From NCBI GenBank assembly GCA_964252585.1, contig CAXUOD010000003.1:1-63721 (forward strand): DNA of 63,721 nt. The letters are read 5' to 3'. The position numbers were made by a program, and so were the translations under genes. A model generated the notes under the pieces. The model had not been told where the DNA came from. It saw only the letters and a list, made by a program, of their open reading frames with translations, and searched no databases. This stretch comes from an uncultured Lichenihabitans sp. (GTDB lineage: Bacteria > Pseudomonadota > Alphaproteobacteria > Rhizobiales > Beijerinckiaceae). Position 1 is the first letter of the stretch. The number at the start of each line of letters is the position of its first letter. This document shows positions 30,470 to 39,625 of this stretch, piece by piece.

Positions 30470-31930
30470 ATGGCCGTGACCCTGACGCATCGCGCCGACA
30501 TCGACCTCGAGGTCTTCCGGCGCGTGGCCTGGGCGGGTGAAGGCGTCGCGATCAGCCGCGAAGCCCTTCGGCGCATCGCCGAGTGCCGGGCGTCGTTCCT
30601 CGCCCTGATCGAAAGCGACTCCGGCCTCGTCATCTACGGCGTGACGACCGCCATGGGCGAGCTGGCCAGCCAGCGTCTGGAGCGCGACGAGCGCGATCGC
30701 CACGCGCGGATCAAGGCCCTCGCGGCCGCCACGGCGTTCGGCGATCCGCTCCCCGAGCGGGTCGTGAGAGGCATCGTGCTGGCGCGGTTGGCGAATTTTA
30801 TCGAGGGGCACGCCGCCACCTCGCCGCGCATCGCGCTGGCGGTCGCGGCCATGCTCGACGGCCGCCCCATGCCGCACGTTCCGGGCTCCGGGCAGGGAGG
30901 CGCCGGCGAGATCCTGGCGCTCTACCCGCTTTTCGCCGACCTGACCCGAAGCTTCGACCTCGAGGTCAAGGAGCGGGGCTCGCTCATCAACGGTTCGCCC
31001 TGTGCCGCGGCTCTCGCGGCCGATGCGGCGCTGGCGGCGCGGCGGCGCGTCAGGCTGGCCGAACAGGTCCTGGCGCTGTCGATCGAGGCCTTCCGGGCGC
31101 CGCTCGACCATTACGATGCCGCCCTCGACGAGCTCTGGGGCGACGAACACGAGGCGGCGGCGCTCCAGGGCCTGCGCGCCTACCTGGGCCCCGGCGAGGG
31201 CCGGCGCAATTACCAGGCGCCCGTGAGCTTCCGCATCGTTCCCCGCGTCCTGGGGCAGGCCCACCGGGCGCTCGCGGCCGTCGAGAAGGCCGCGACCGTG
31301 TCGTTGCGCTCCGCCTCGGACAACCCGGTCTACGTTCCGCCCGACGCCGCCTTCCCGCTGGGACGCTGCCTCAGCACAGGTGGCTACCACAATGGGATGG
31401 CGACGCCGGCGCTCGACGATCTCGCGGCCATCTGGGCCGATCTCTGCCTCATCTGCGACCGGCACGGCTCGAAACTGCTGAACGGCGCCGTGTCGAAGCT
31501 GCCGAACCTTTTGATGGTCGACCGGCACCCGAGCGACAGCGACGGCCACGGCAACGTCGGCTACATCCCCATGGCCATCACGGGCTACCTCGAACAGGCG
31601 AAGCTCGCGGCGCAGCGGACCTTCATCCCGGGGACCGAATCGGCCGGGTCCGGCCAGGACGATGTCGCCACGACGGCCTTCCTGGCCTGGAGCAAGGAAG
31701 CGAGCGCCGGGCGCTGCCTCGACGCGGCCCTCGCCATGCTGGCGGTGCTCGCGTCCCAGGCGCTCCACGTCACCGACCGCGACCCGCCATCGGCTTTGCG
31801 GCCCTTCGTCGAGGCCCTTCGGGACCTTTGCCCCCCGGTCGGCCAGGATCGTCTGCTCGGTCCGGAACTCGCCGCACTGACCTCGTGGTTCACCCGGCAG
31901 GTTTTCGACGGCAGGACGGCCGGCGATTGA
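30470..31930 (+). CDS. Aromatic amino acid ammonia-lyase (HAL/PAL-fold) homologue lacking the MIO Ala-Ser-Gly motif
   Basis: IYGVTTAMG, GSLINGS, SFR and SDNP are conserved; the MIO loop reads GSGQGGAGEILAL. Confidence 0.88.
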   Translation: MAVTLTHRADIDLEVFRRVAWAGEGVAISREALRRIAECRASFLALIESDSGLVIYGVTTAMGELASQRLERDERDRHARIKALAAATAFGDPLPERVVRGIVLARLANFIEGHAATSPRIALAVAAMLDGRPMPHVPGSGQGGAGEILALYPLFADLTRSFDLEVKERGSLINGSPCAAALAADAALAARRRVRLAEQVLALSIEAFRAPLDHYDAALDELWGDEHEAAALQGLRAYLGPGEGRRNYQAPVSFRIVPRVLGQAHRALAAVEKAATVSLRSASDNPVYVPPDAAFPLGRCLSTGGYHNGMATPALDDLAAIWADLCLICDRHGSKLLNGAVSKLPNLLMVDRHPSDSDGHGNVGYIPMAITGYLEQAKLAAQRTFIPGTESAGSGQDDVATTAFLAWSKEASAGRCLDAALAMLAVLASQALHVTDRDPPSALRPFVEALRDLCPPVGQDRLLGPELAALTSWFTRQVFDGRTAGD

Positions 31931-32060
31931 TCCACGATTGGATGGCTTTTACGACCCATAGCGGGTGTCGGCCAGCGTTCCCTGGATCGCACACCGGATT
32001 GCTTCGCCGCTCCACTGCTGAGCGAAATTGGCAGATGCGGGCGAGGCTGAAACCCGGCCG

Positions 32061-33422
32061 TCAATCGCTCTCGTAGCCGTAGATCTCGGGCAGGATGAAG
32101 ATCGCGGCCAGGAGCCCGGCGAGCGGGAAGATCGCCACCATCAGGGTCGCGGTCGCCTGTCCGACGGCGGCGAAGAGCGACGGGAACAGGAAGATCGCCA
32201 GGAAGGACGGCAGTTTCACGAACATATAGGCGAAGCCGCTGGCGGTGCCGCGGTATTCGGGCTTGGCCACCACGGTCGGGATCGTCATGCAGTTGGACGC
32301 GTCCCAGTAATGGCCCCACAACATGGCGGCGGCCGCGAAGGGCAGGATGAAGGTCTTGCCGGTGTAGAGCGCGAAGGCCGCGACCAGCAGCGACGCCAGC
32401 ACGATGGCGAAGCCCGCGATCGAGATGCCGCGCTGCCCGATCTTGGGCGTGAGCAGCGGCCCGACCCAGCCCGCGATCGCCGCCACGACGTAGAGCAGCA
32501 TGGTGACGAGGTCGATCCCGAGGATCGACGACACGCCCACCATCACGAACAGCACCGGCAGATAGAACGCGAAGGTCGAGAACTCGCTGCCCTGGGCAAA
32601 ACAGGCGATCCAGCCGTAAAGCGTGGCGCGCCAGCGGATCGGGTCCTTGCGGATGTCGGCGAGGAAGACGCTCGGGCGCGGCTTCGGCACGGCGACGTCC
32701 GCGTCGGGCAGCATATCGAGCGCATCGCCGTACATCTGCGACGAGACCTGCTTGGCCTCGCGGAAGCGCCCGTGGCGGATCAGCCAGACCGCGGTTTCGG
32801 GCAGGTCGTGACGCATGAGCAGGATCACCAGGGCCGGCAGCGCACCGAGGCCCAGCGTGATGCGCCACACGAGTTCGTGGTCGACCTCGGCGAGGAGGAA
32901 CACCGCGATGACGGCCAGCGTCAGCACCTCGCCGACCGCGAACATGAACTGCCAGCGGTTGCCCATGACCTCGCGCTGCCCCTTGGGCATCGATTCCATG
33001 ATGTAGGTGTAGCCGTTCGAGATATCGCTGCCGAGCGGCACGCCGAGCAGGAACCGCACGACGACGAGCCAGCCCACGCTCGTGACGAAAGCCTGGAGAA
33101 GCGCCAGGGCGATGAACAGCACCATCGTGGCCAGGAACATGACGCGGCGGCCGATCTTGTCCGACAACCACCCGCCGAGCAGCGCCCCGACCAGGGCTCC
33201 GCCCTGCGTGCCGGCCGCCGCGAGGCCGAGCAGCAACGGGTCGGGATGATACTGGTCCTTGATGAAGACCAGGACGAAGGCGATCGAGTAAAGGTCCCAG
33301 GCTTCGACCAGGATCGAGGACAGCATGAGCCAGCCGACCCGGTTGCCCTTCGGATTGTAATTCGTCACGAGGTGCCGGACCGCACCGTCCATGACCGATT
33401 TCTGCGGCATCGCCAGCGACAC
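32061..33422 (-). CDS. MFS transporter (sugar-porter-like metabolite transporter)
   Basis: LGGWLSDKIGRR motif A, ESMP..QR, LPETAVWL, YRGTASG; about 12 TMs; GGGGAGG RBS before GTG. Confidence 0.9.
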   Translation of the reverse strand: MSLAMPQKSVMDGAVRHLVTNYNPKGNRVGWLMLSSILVEAWDLYSIAFVLVFIKDQYHPDPLLLGLAAAGTQGGALVGALLGGWLSDKIGRRVMFLATMVLFIALALLQAFVTSVGWLVVVRFLLGVPLGSDISNGYTYIMESMPKGQREVMGNRWQFMFAVGEVLTLAVIAVFLLAEVDHELVWRITLGLGALPALVILLMRHDLPETAVWLIRHGRFREAKQVSSQMYGDALDMLPDADVAVPKPRPSVFLADIRKDPIRWRATLYGWIACFAQGSEFSTFAFYLPVLFVMVGVSSILGIDLVTMLLYVVAAIAGWVGPLLTPKIGQRGISIAGFAIVLASLLVAAFALYTGKTFILPFAAAAMLWGHYWDASNCMTIPTVVAKPEYRGTASGFAYMFVKLPSFLAIFLFPSLFAAVGQATATLMVAIFPLAGLLAAIFILPEIYGYESD

Positions 33423-33770
33423 GCCGACCTCCCCTGGTGCATTGTCTCAGGTGCCGTCTTCAGCGGCACGCCGTCGACGTAAGGAGCCCGGGAACACCGG
33501 TGCGTGTCAAGGCAACGCAGCCTTCCGGATCGCGCGGCGGTCGCATTCGCCGGCGCGAACCTTACGGCCGGACCGCGGTCGTATCAGAGGGACCGGCATG
33601 GGCGGCCACATGCGCGAGCGCTTCGTCGACCGCCTCGGGTTCGAAGCTCGTGACATCGCAGTGGCGCAGACCAGGAGCCCCGACCGGACCAGCCCGGCCA
33701 GTCGTGCCGCGGCCTCGCGCGGGATGCATCCGTTGGCCGTGGATCGTGATGCCGACCCGCTTAAGCCCAC

Positions 33771-33804
33771 TTGACGTTAGGGACGATAGGAACAAAACAG
33801 GAAC
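33771..33804 (+). promoter_or_regulatory. Sigma70-like promoter overlapped by an alphaproteobacterial LexA box (GAAC-N7-GAAC)
   Basis: TTGACG at 33771; GAACaaaacagGAAC at 33790-33804 covers the expected -10 region. Confidence 0.78.
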
Positions 33805-33821
33805 GCAGTCGGGAGGACGCA

Positions 33822-34076
33822 ATGGTGCAACGATCACGCGGCCGGGGCGATACCATCCCCCATGCGGCAGAGGTATTGGCCGCGATGGGAGCCTGCCGGA
33901 GAAGGCTGATCGACGCCCAATCGGAGGTCCGACCTTTCGGCACCGCTTATCACGCCCTCGCCATGGTGACGACGGCGATCGACTCCGCGGCGCGGTTCAT
34001 CACCGGACAGCGGGACTTCTACGCGACGGGCGGATCCGCGGGACATTCTACGCCGCCACCGGGCGAGCGGTCGTGA
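33822..34076 (+). CDS. Small hypothetical protein (84 aa), predicted SOS-regulated
   Basis: Strong GGGAGGA RBS, ATG 33822, promoter and LexA box directly upstream. Confidence 0.7.
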   Translation: MVQRSRGRGDTIPHAAEVLAAMGACRRRLIDAQSEVRPFGTAYHALAMVTTAIDSAARFITGQRDFYATGGSAGHSTPPPGERS

Positions 34077-34264
34077 CCTCGACGTCCACGACGGCCGACG
34101 GGGCTATGAGGGACCGCGCGGTCCCGAATATCGCGAGCAGTTTTTCACGTCCCACTAACCAAGCTTCGCGAGACGAGACACGACCGCTATTCTGCCGGCA
34201 GCCATTCTGCCTTACGTAACGTTATCGCTGCAGACGGGGATCATGACTTGTACAAAGGTGATTT

Positions 34265-34540
34265 ATGGCAGTGAACGGCAGCACCGCGCTTGTGGCCGAT
34301 GTCGAGGCGACGCTCGACACCTTGGCAGCCAACGATGCGACGCAGTCGAATTGTATGTTTCAGCTTGCCCTCATGCTGGCCCGAATCGCTGTCGAACCGG
34401 TATCCGAGGGGTTCAAGGATGATACCGCGCAGGCCCTACTGGCATTGATCAGGGCCAAGCCGAAAAGCAATGTCCTCCGGATGTTCGGCGAAGGGCCCGC
34501 GTCCGAACCGCCGCCGGCGCTTCGGGTGGCCACCGCCTGA
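34265..34540 (+). CDS. Small hypothetical protein (91 aa)
   Basis: AAGGTG RBS-like sequence; helical, protein-like composition unlike the Arg/Pro-rich shadow ORFs. Confidence 0.55.
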   Translation: MAVNGSTALVADVEATLDTLAANDATQSNCMFQLALMLARIAVEPVSEGFKDDTAQALLALIRAKPKSNVLRMFGEGPASEPPPALRVATA

Positions 34541-34784
34541 GACGTCTGCCATTGGCGTTCGCAGATCGGAACTGGCCGTTAAAGGTCGTTGATTGGATTG
34601 CCGCGCCATTCGGTGCGCCCCGCAGCGTCCTTACCGCACTGTAGTTTCGTCGAGGCGGTCTGCACGCCCTCTGCGGCCCCATCCCGGTGTCGCACGTTTT
34701 CAGTGCGCCGCGACGGCTCGCTCATCCCATCCCGGACCTTCGACCACTGCGGATCGTAAGCGCGACGCGCCTGCGGTGGGGAAG

Positions 34785-34811
34785 AAAAAGGGCCACCCCG
34801 AGGGGCGGCCC
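34785..34811 (-). terminator. Rho-independent terminator of the sRNA
   Basis: GGGCCGCCCC-TC-GGGGTGGCCC followed by TTTTT on the minus strand. Confidence 0.8.
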
Positions 34812-34861
34812 AAGTCTAGGGAGGAAACGCCCAAGATGGGCATGCGGCTCGAAAACCGCAC
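34785..34861 (-). ncRNA. mmgR: MmgR/suhB (alpha-r8)-type small RNA
   Basis: Minus strand: two short hairpins, then the conserved UUUCCUCCCU decamer (34818-34827), AGACUU and a GC-rich terminator with U tail; about 77 nt; ends estimated. Confidence 0.8.
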
Positions 34862-35068
34862 TTATGTGTATACAAGAAGCTTGCCAGATCCGAAAACCTC
34901 CAGACCGACATGGCTGCATCCCGAACCCGTGAGGGATTGATGTGCTCGGCCGAGATGGCAGGTCGGTCCCGAGGCAGCCGGTGAGTAGAAAGTAAGCTGC
35001 AACCCTGCTCCGGTGTCGAAACACCACGTCATACCGGCGGGATGAATTCACCCTGACAGAAGCGGTCC

Positions 35069-35242
35069 GTCCTGTGCCGACCGCGGAACGCGGCCGTGTC
35101 GAAGAGCCCGCCCTGACCTTGTCGAGGAACGCTCCAGAGCCCTCCCGGCCGACACTGCGTGCGTCGACTCGGCCCTGCGGGCCGGCTCAGCATTGAGGGT
35201 CGGTGAGGGCATCACGATCGACGCGCAAGTGAGTCGATGAGG
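35069..35242. repeat. Palindromic repeat family A, copy 2
   Basis: gccgaccgcggaacgcggccgtgtcga...ccggctcagcat...cgcaagtgagtcgatgagg shared with the copy at 2561. Confidence 0.75.
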
Positions 35243-35515
35243 ATGGGTAAGGACGTTCCGCCGATGGAACTGGATGTTTCATTGTGGGAAACGTTCCCAC
35301 AAACAGCGGTTTTCAGGTTTCATTCATTCGCAAGACCCGACAGTGCGATGTCGGTCGGCGTCGTGCTTCCCCCAAGCACTCGCCGGCCGACAGGGGGCGG
35401 TACCCATCCGCCCGGCGAGTGCCGCCCCCAAGCACAATGGCGCAGGTCGCGGCGTCATGGAAGCGCTCGCGTCTCTCGGGTACGATCACGAAACGTGCTC
35501 CCGGTCCGGCCGCCC

Positions 35516-37663
35516 CTATTCGGCCTGCAGGGCCCAGAGCCGCGCGTAGAGTCCGTTGCGGCGGTGGACGAGGTCGTCGTGCGTCCCCACTTCGACGATC
35601 TCGCCCTTGATCAAGCCGATGATCCGGTCGCAGTTTCGTACGGCCGCGAGGCGATGCGCGATGATGATCACGGTCCGGCCCAGCGAGATGCGCTCCATGT
35701 TGTGCTGTATGATGCGCTCGCTCTCGTAATCGAGCGCACTGGTCGCCTCGTCGAGGATCAGGATCCGCGGGTCGGTGGCAAGAGCGCGGGCGATGGCGAT
35801 CCGCTGGCGCTGTCCTCCGGACAGGTTCGCTCCTCGCTCCTCGATGGTTGTGTCGTAGCCTTGCGGCAGCCTGGTGATGAATTCGTCGGCACCGGCGAGC
35901 TTGGCCACGCGGATGACCCCGGATCGCGGCAGGCCGGGGTTGGCGAGGGCGATGTTCTCGTGGACCGTCTGGTTGAACAGGAAATTCTCCTGCAGCACAA
36001 CGCCCAGTTGACGCCGTAGCCAGGTCGGGTCGGCCTGGGCGATGTCGACGCCGTCGACCAGGATTTCGCCGCCGCTCGGGGCATGGAAGCGTTGCACGAG
36101 CTTCGTCAGGGTCGACTTACCCGATCCGCTCGGACCGACGATGCCGATCACCTCTCCGGGCGCGATGTCGAGATCGATCCGGCGCAGCACTTCGGGCAGC
36201 TCGGGCCGGTAGCGGAACGAGACGTTGCGGAGCAGGATAGATCCCTGCGGGTCCGGCGACGCCTGCAACGCATGCGGTTGCCGTTCCACCGGTTCGTCGA
36301 AGATATCGGCCAGATGTCCCAGCGAGACCTGCACTTCCTGAAAGCTCTGGTAGAGCTGCGCGCTGCCGAGGATCGTCTTCGTCATGCGCTGCCCGATCAT
36401 CGAAAAGGCGATGAGCCCACCGACCGTCATGGTACCGGCGATGACCTGCTGGGCTCCGAAGAACAGGATCAGGGCGGTCTGCAGGGTGGTGACGAACTGG
36501 ATGAGCGTCTGGGTCACGGTTCCCAGCATCGTGCTGCGGAATCCCGCCTTGGCATAGGACGCGTGGCGGTCCTCCCACATCTTCTGGAAGCTGGGCTCGA
36601 CCGCTGAGGCCTTGATGGTCTGAATGCCGACCACCGTCTCGACCAGGTGCTGCTGGGCCTTCGACCAGCGGAAGAACTTGTCCTTGAGCGACTTGCGGTA
36701 CAGCGGCTTCATGAAGACGCTGATGGCGAAATAAACCGGCATGAGCAGCACGATCATCAGCGTCAGGCTCTTCGAATAGAGCATCAATACGCCGATGAAG
36801 AGGAAGACGAACAGGAGGTCGACCACGGAGGTCAGGCTCTGGTTGGTCAAGAAGCGTCTGACCGTGTCGAGTTCGCGGGCCCGTGTGACGATGACGCCGG
36901 TCGGGCGCCGCTCGAAGAAGGACGCCGTGAGGCGGATCAGGTGCGAAAAGAGCTTGGCGCCGAGCTCGGCGTCGATGCGGCTCGAGGTGTGGGTGAGCAC
37001 ATAGGACCGCAGATATTTCAGCAGTCCCGAGAAGACGGAGATCAACACCATGGCCGAGATGACGACGACGAGCGTCGAATAGCTCTTCGACACCAGGACC
37101 TTGTCGACGACGAGCTGGAACACGAGGGGCGTCGCGAGCCCGAGCAGATTGATGAGAAAGGACGTGAGAAGAATGTCGATGACCGGCCGTCGATAGCGTT
37201 TGATCGCAGGGAGGAACCAGGCGAGACCGAACTTCCGCTGTTCGGCTGCGACGACGGCGGTTTTGCTGATCAGGATCACATCGCGGTCGAGGCGCTGCAG
37301 CACCTCATCGAGCGGCACGTGGGTCTGCCGCCGGGTCACCGGATCGACGACACGGTGCACGCCGGGCTCGGTCTCCGCACCGAACACGGCCCAGGTCCCA
37401 TCCTTGACCTTGATGATCGCCGGCACGGGGATGGACCTCAGCCGCTTCGCCGTCGGGTCGCGCAGGACACGCGCTTTGAGACCGATGGTGATCGCGGCAC
37501 GGGCGAGGTCTTCGGCCGCCGGCGGTACTTCCCCGAGGCCCGACTGATGGCTCAACTGAGCCGGGGACGCCAGGATGCCATGGTGACCGGCAAGCTGCGC
37601 GACCGCGATGAATCCGCCGCCGAACAACGGGATCGCGTCCAGGTTGGCAAGGGGTACATTCAA
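35516..37663 (-). CDS. HlyB-family type I secretion ABC transporter (C39-like, TMD and NBD domains)
   Basis: FGLAWFLPAIKRYR, PLVFQLVVDKVL, Walker A GPSGSGKS, LSGGQRQRIAIARAL, DEATSALD; start uncertain (TTG 37663 chosen). Confidence 0.9.
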   Translation of the reverse strand: MNVPLANLDAIPLFGGGFIAVAQLAGHHGILASPAQLSHQSGLGEVPPAAEDLARAAITIGLKARVLRDPTAKRLRSIPVPAIIKVKDGTWAVFGAETEPGVHRVVDPVTRRQTHVPLDEVLQRLDRDVILISKTAVVAAEQRKFGLAWFLPAIKRYRRPVIDILLTSFLINLLGLATPLVFQLVVDKVLVSKSYSTLVVVISAMVLISVFSGLLKYLRSYVLTHTSSRIDAELGAKLFSHLIRLTASFFERRPTGVIVTRARELDTVRRFLTNQSLTSVVDLLFVFLFIGVLMLYSKSLTLMIVLLMPVYFAISVFMKPLYRKSLKDKFFRWSKAQQHLVETVVGIQTIKASAVEPSFQKMWEDRHASYAKAGFRSTMLGTVTQTLIQFVTTLQTALILFFGAQQVIAGTMTVGGLIAFSMIGQRMTKTILGSAQLYQSFQEVQVSLGHLADIFDEPVERQPHALQASPDPQGSILLRNVSFRYRPELPEVLRRIDLDIAPGEVIGIVGPSGSGKSTLTKLVQRFHAPSGGEILVDGVDIAQADPTWLRRQLGVVLQENFLFNQTVHENIALANPGLPRSGVIRVAKLAGADEFITRLPQGYDTTIEERGANLSGGQRQRIAIARALATDPRILILDEATSALDYESERIIQHNMERISLGRTVIIIAHRLAAVRNCDRIIGLIKGEIVEVGTHDDLVHRRNGLYARLWALQAE

Positions 37664-37953
37664 GGCGATCGTTCCACTTCGGCGACCTGGGTCGTGTTCA
37701 CCGTGGGCGTCAGGCAGGAGACCTGTCAACACTCCCGGGACGCGTGCGATCCCCCAACACCGCGGTCGCGCGCCGCTCCGCCCGTCGGGCACCCGGGTGG
37801 ATCTTTCATCACGGCTGACGTGAGCGATGGCTGAACAGTCGCGTCGTTGCGCTTACATTACAACTCGCACCATGGTTCACCGCGGGACAATGAGATTGAC
37901 GGAGACATTTCGGAAGCGCAATCATGATTGCTTTCAAGATAAGGAGTATTGCA

Positions 37954-38235
37954 ATGCCGCAATTTGTAATCGAGCGGGAGATGCCGGGAGTCGGTAAACT
38001 CAGCAGCAACGAACTGCGGGAAGCGTCGCAGGGATCCTGCAACGTGATCCGCGAGCTTGGCCCGGACATTCAATGGGTGCACAGCTATGTCACGGACGAG
38101 AAGATCTACTGTATCTATCGCGCGCCGGATGCCGACCTGATCCGCAAGCATGCCGAAAAAGCAGGGTTTCCGGCCAACAGCGTGGCGCAGATCAAAGCCA
38201 CCATCGACCCCACAACCGCTGAATCGACCGCCTAA
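37954..38235 (+). CDS. DUF4242 family protein
   Basis: MPQFVIEREMPG...IQWVHSYVTDEKIYCIYRAP..LIRKHA..GFPAN; AAGGAG RBS. Confidence 0.85.
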   Translation: MPQFVIEREMPGVGKLSSNELREASQGSCNVIRELGPDIQWVHSYVTDEKIYCIYRAPDADLIRKHAEKAGFPANSVAQIKATIDPTTAESTA

Positions 38236-38290
38236 GAGCCCTCCCGGGACAGGCGCTCCGTCTCTACATCTCGGGCGTGCGCCCGAGAGG

Positions 38291-38323
38291 GGTCGCTTCG
38301 TTGCTGCGCGCCTCGCAATGACG
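38291..38323. repeat. REP-like palindromic repeat family B (partial)
   Basis: gcttcgttgctgcgcgcctcgcaatgacg; same tcgcaatgacg end as the hairpin at 57513. Confidence 0.5.
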
Positions 38324-38390
38324 AGCGGTGAAGCTTTAGCGTTGACGGCGATCTGACACACTCTCAACGCGCGCGACGGCCTAGCGTGCG

Positions 38391-39596
38391 CTAGACAGCC
38401 TCGAGCGCGATCGCGATGCCCTGGCCGACACCGATGCACATCGTGGCAAGAGCACGGCGACGGCCGCCGTCGGCGAGATCGAGCGCCGCGGTCCCGGTGA
38501 TGCGGGCGCCGGAAGCCCCGAGCGGATGGCCGAGCGCGATGGCGCCCCCGTGCGGGTTGACCCGCGGGTCATCGTCCGAGAGCCCCCAGCCGCGCAGCAC
38601 CGCCAGGGCTTGAGCCGCAAAGGCTTCGTTGAGCTCGATCGTGTCGCAATCCGCGAGCCCGTGCCCGAGGCGGTCGAGCAGCTTCATCGTGGCCGGCAGC
38701 GGGCCGATCCCCATCAGGCGCGGCTCGACTCCCGCCGTCGCGGCGCCGAGTACGCGCGCCATGGGCTGCAGGTCGAAGCGGGCGACGGCCGCGTCCGAAG
38801 CGATCAGGAGAGCGGCCGCGCCATCGTTGATCCCCGACGCATTGCCGGCCGTCACCGTGCCGTCGCGGCGGAACGGCGTCGGCAGTTTGGCCAAGCTCTC
38901 GCGTGTCGTGCCGGCCCGAGGATGTTGGTCGGCTTCGACCAGCAGAGCCGCGCCGTTTCGTTGCGGGATCGCGACGGGCGTGATCTCGCGGCCGAGCCGG
39001 CCGCTGGTTTGCGCCGCCACGGCCTTGGCCTGGCTTCGGGCCGCGAAGGCATCCTGGTCGGCCCGGCTCACGCCATAGCGTTCCGCGACATTCTCGGCGG
39101 TCTCGGGCATCGAATCGATCCCGTAGCGCTGCTGCATCAGCGGGTTGACGAAGCGCCAGCCGATGGTCGTGTCGTGGATCTCCGCATGACGGGAAAAGCC
39201 GGTCTCGGCCTTGGGCATGACGAAGGGTGCGCGCGACATGCTCTCGACGCCGCCGGCGATCACGAGATCGGCCTCCCCGGTCCTGATCTGCCGCGCCGCG
39301 ATGGCGACCGCGTCCATGCCGGAGCCGCAGAGCCGGTTCACCGTCGTGGCCGCGACGGAGACGGGGAGCCCGGCCAGCAAGGCCGCCATGCGACCGACGT
39401 TGCGGTTGTCTTCCCCCGCCTGGTTGGCACAGCCGAACACCACCTCGTCGATCGCCGCTCGATCAACCGTCGGAGTCCTGCCCAGCAGCGCCGCGATGGC
39501 CGTTGCTGCCAGATCGTCGGCGCGCACGGCCGCCAAGGCGCCGCCGAAACGGCCGATCGGGGTGCGGATATACTGAACGATATAGGCTTCGGACAT
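38391..39596 (-). CDS. pcaF: 3-oxoadipyl-CoA/3-oxo-acyl-CoA thiolase (PcaF/PaaJ type)
   Basis: RTPIGRFGG, GCANQAGEDNRNVGR, TVNRLCGSG, NEAFA, GGAIALGHPLGASG, MCIGVGQG. Confidence 0.9.
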   Translation of the reverse strand: MSEAYIVQYIRTPIGRFGGALAAVRADDLAATAIAALLGRTPTVDRAAIDEVVFGCANQAGEDNRNVGRMAALLAGLPVSVAATTVNRLCGSGMDAVAIAARQIRTGEADLVIAGGVESMSRAPFVMPKAETGFSRHAEIHDTTIGWRFVNPLMQQRYGIDSMPETAENVAERYGVSRADQDAFAARSQAKAVAAQTSGRLGREITPVAIPQRNGAALLVEADQHPRAGTTRESLAKLPTPFRRDGTVTAGNASGINDGAAALLIASDAAVARFDLQPMARVLGAATAGVEPRLMGIGPLPATMKLLDRLGHGLADCDTIELNEAFAAQALAVLRGWGLSDDDPRVNPHGGAIALGHPLGASGARITGTAALDLADGGRRRALATMCIGVGQGIAIALEAV

Positions 39597-39625
39597 GGCG
39601 CGTCCCTGTTCGCTCGACGGGCTTG

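Noticed and set aside
30470-31930. Calling the lyase hutH
   Set aside because: No ASG motif, no His-specificity residue and no other hut genes nearby.
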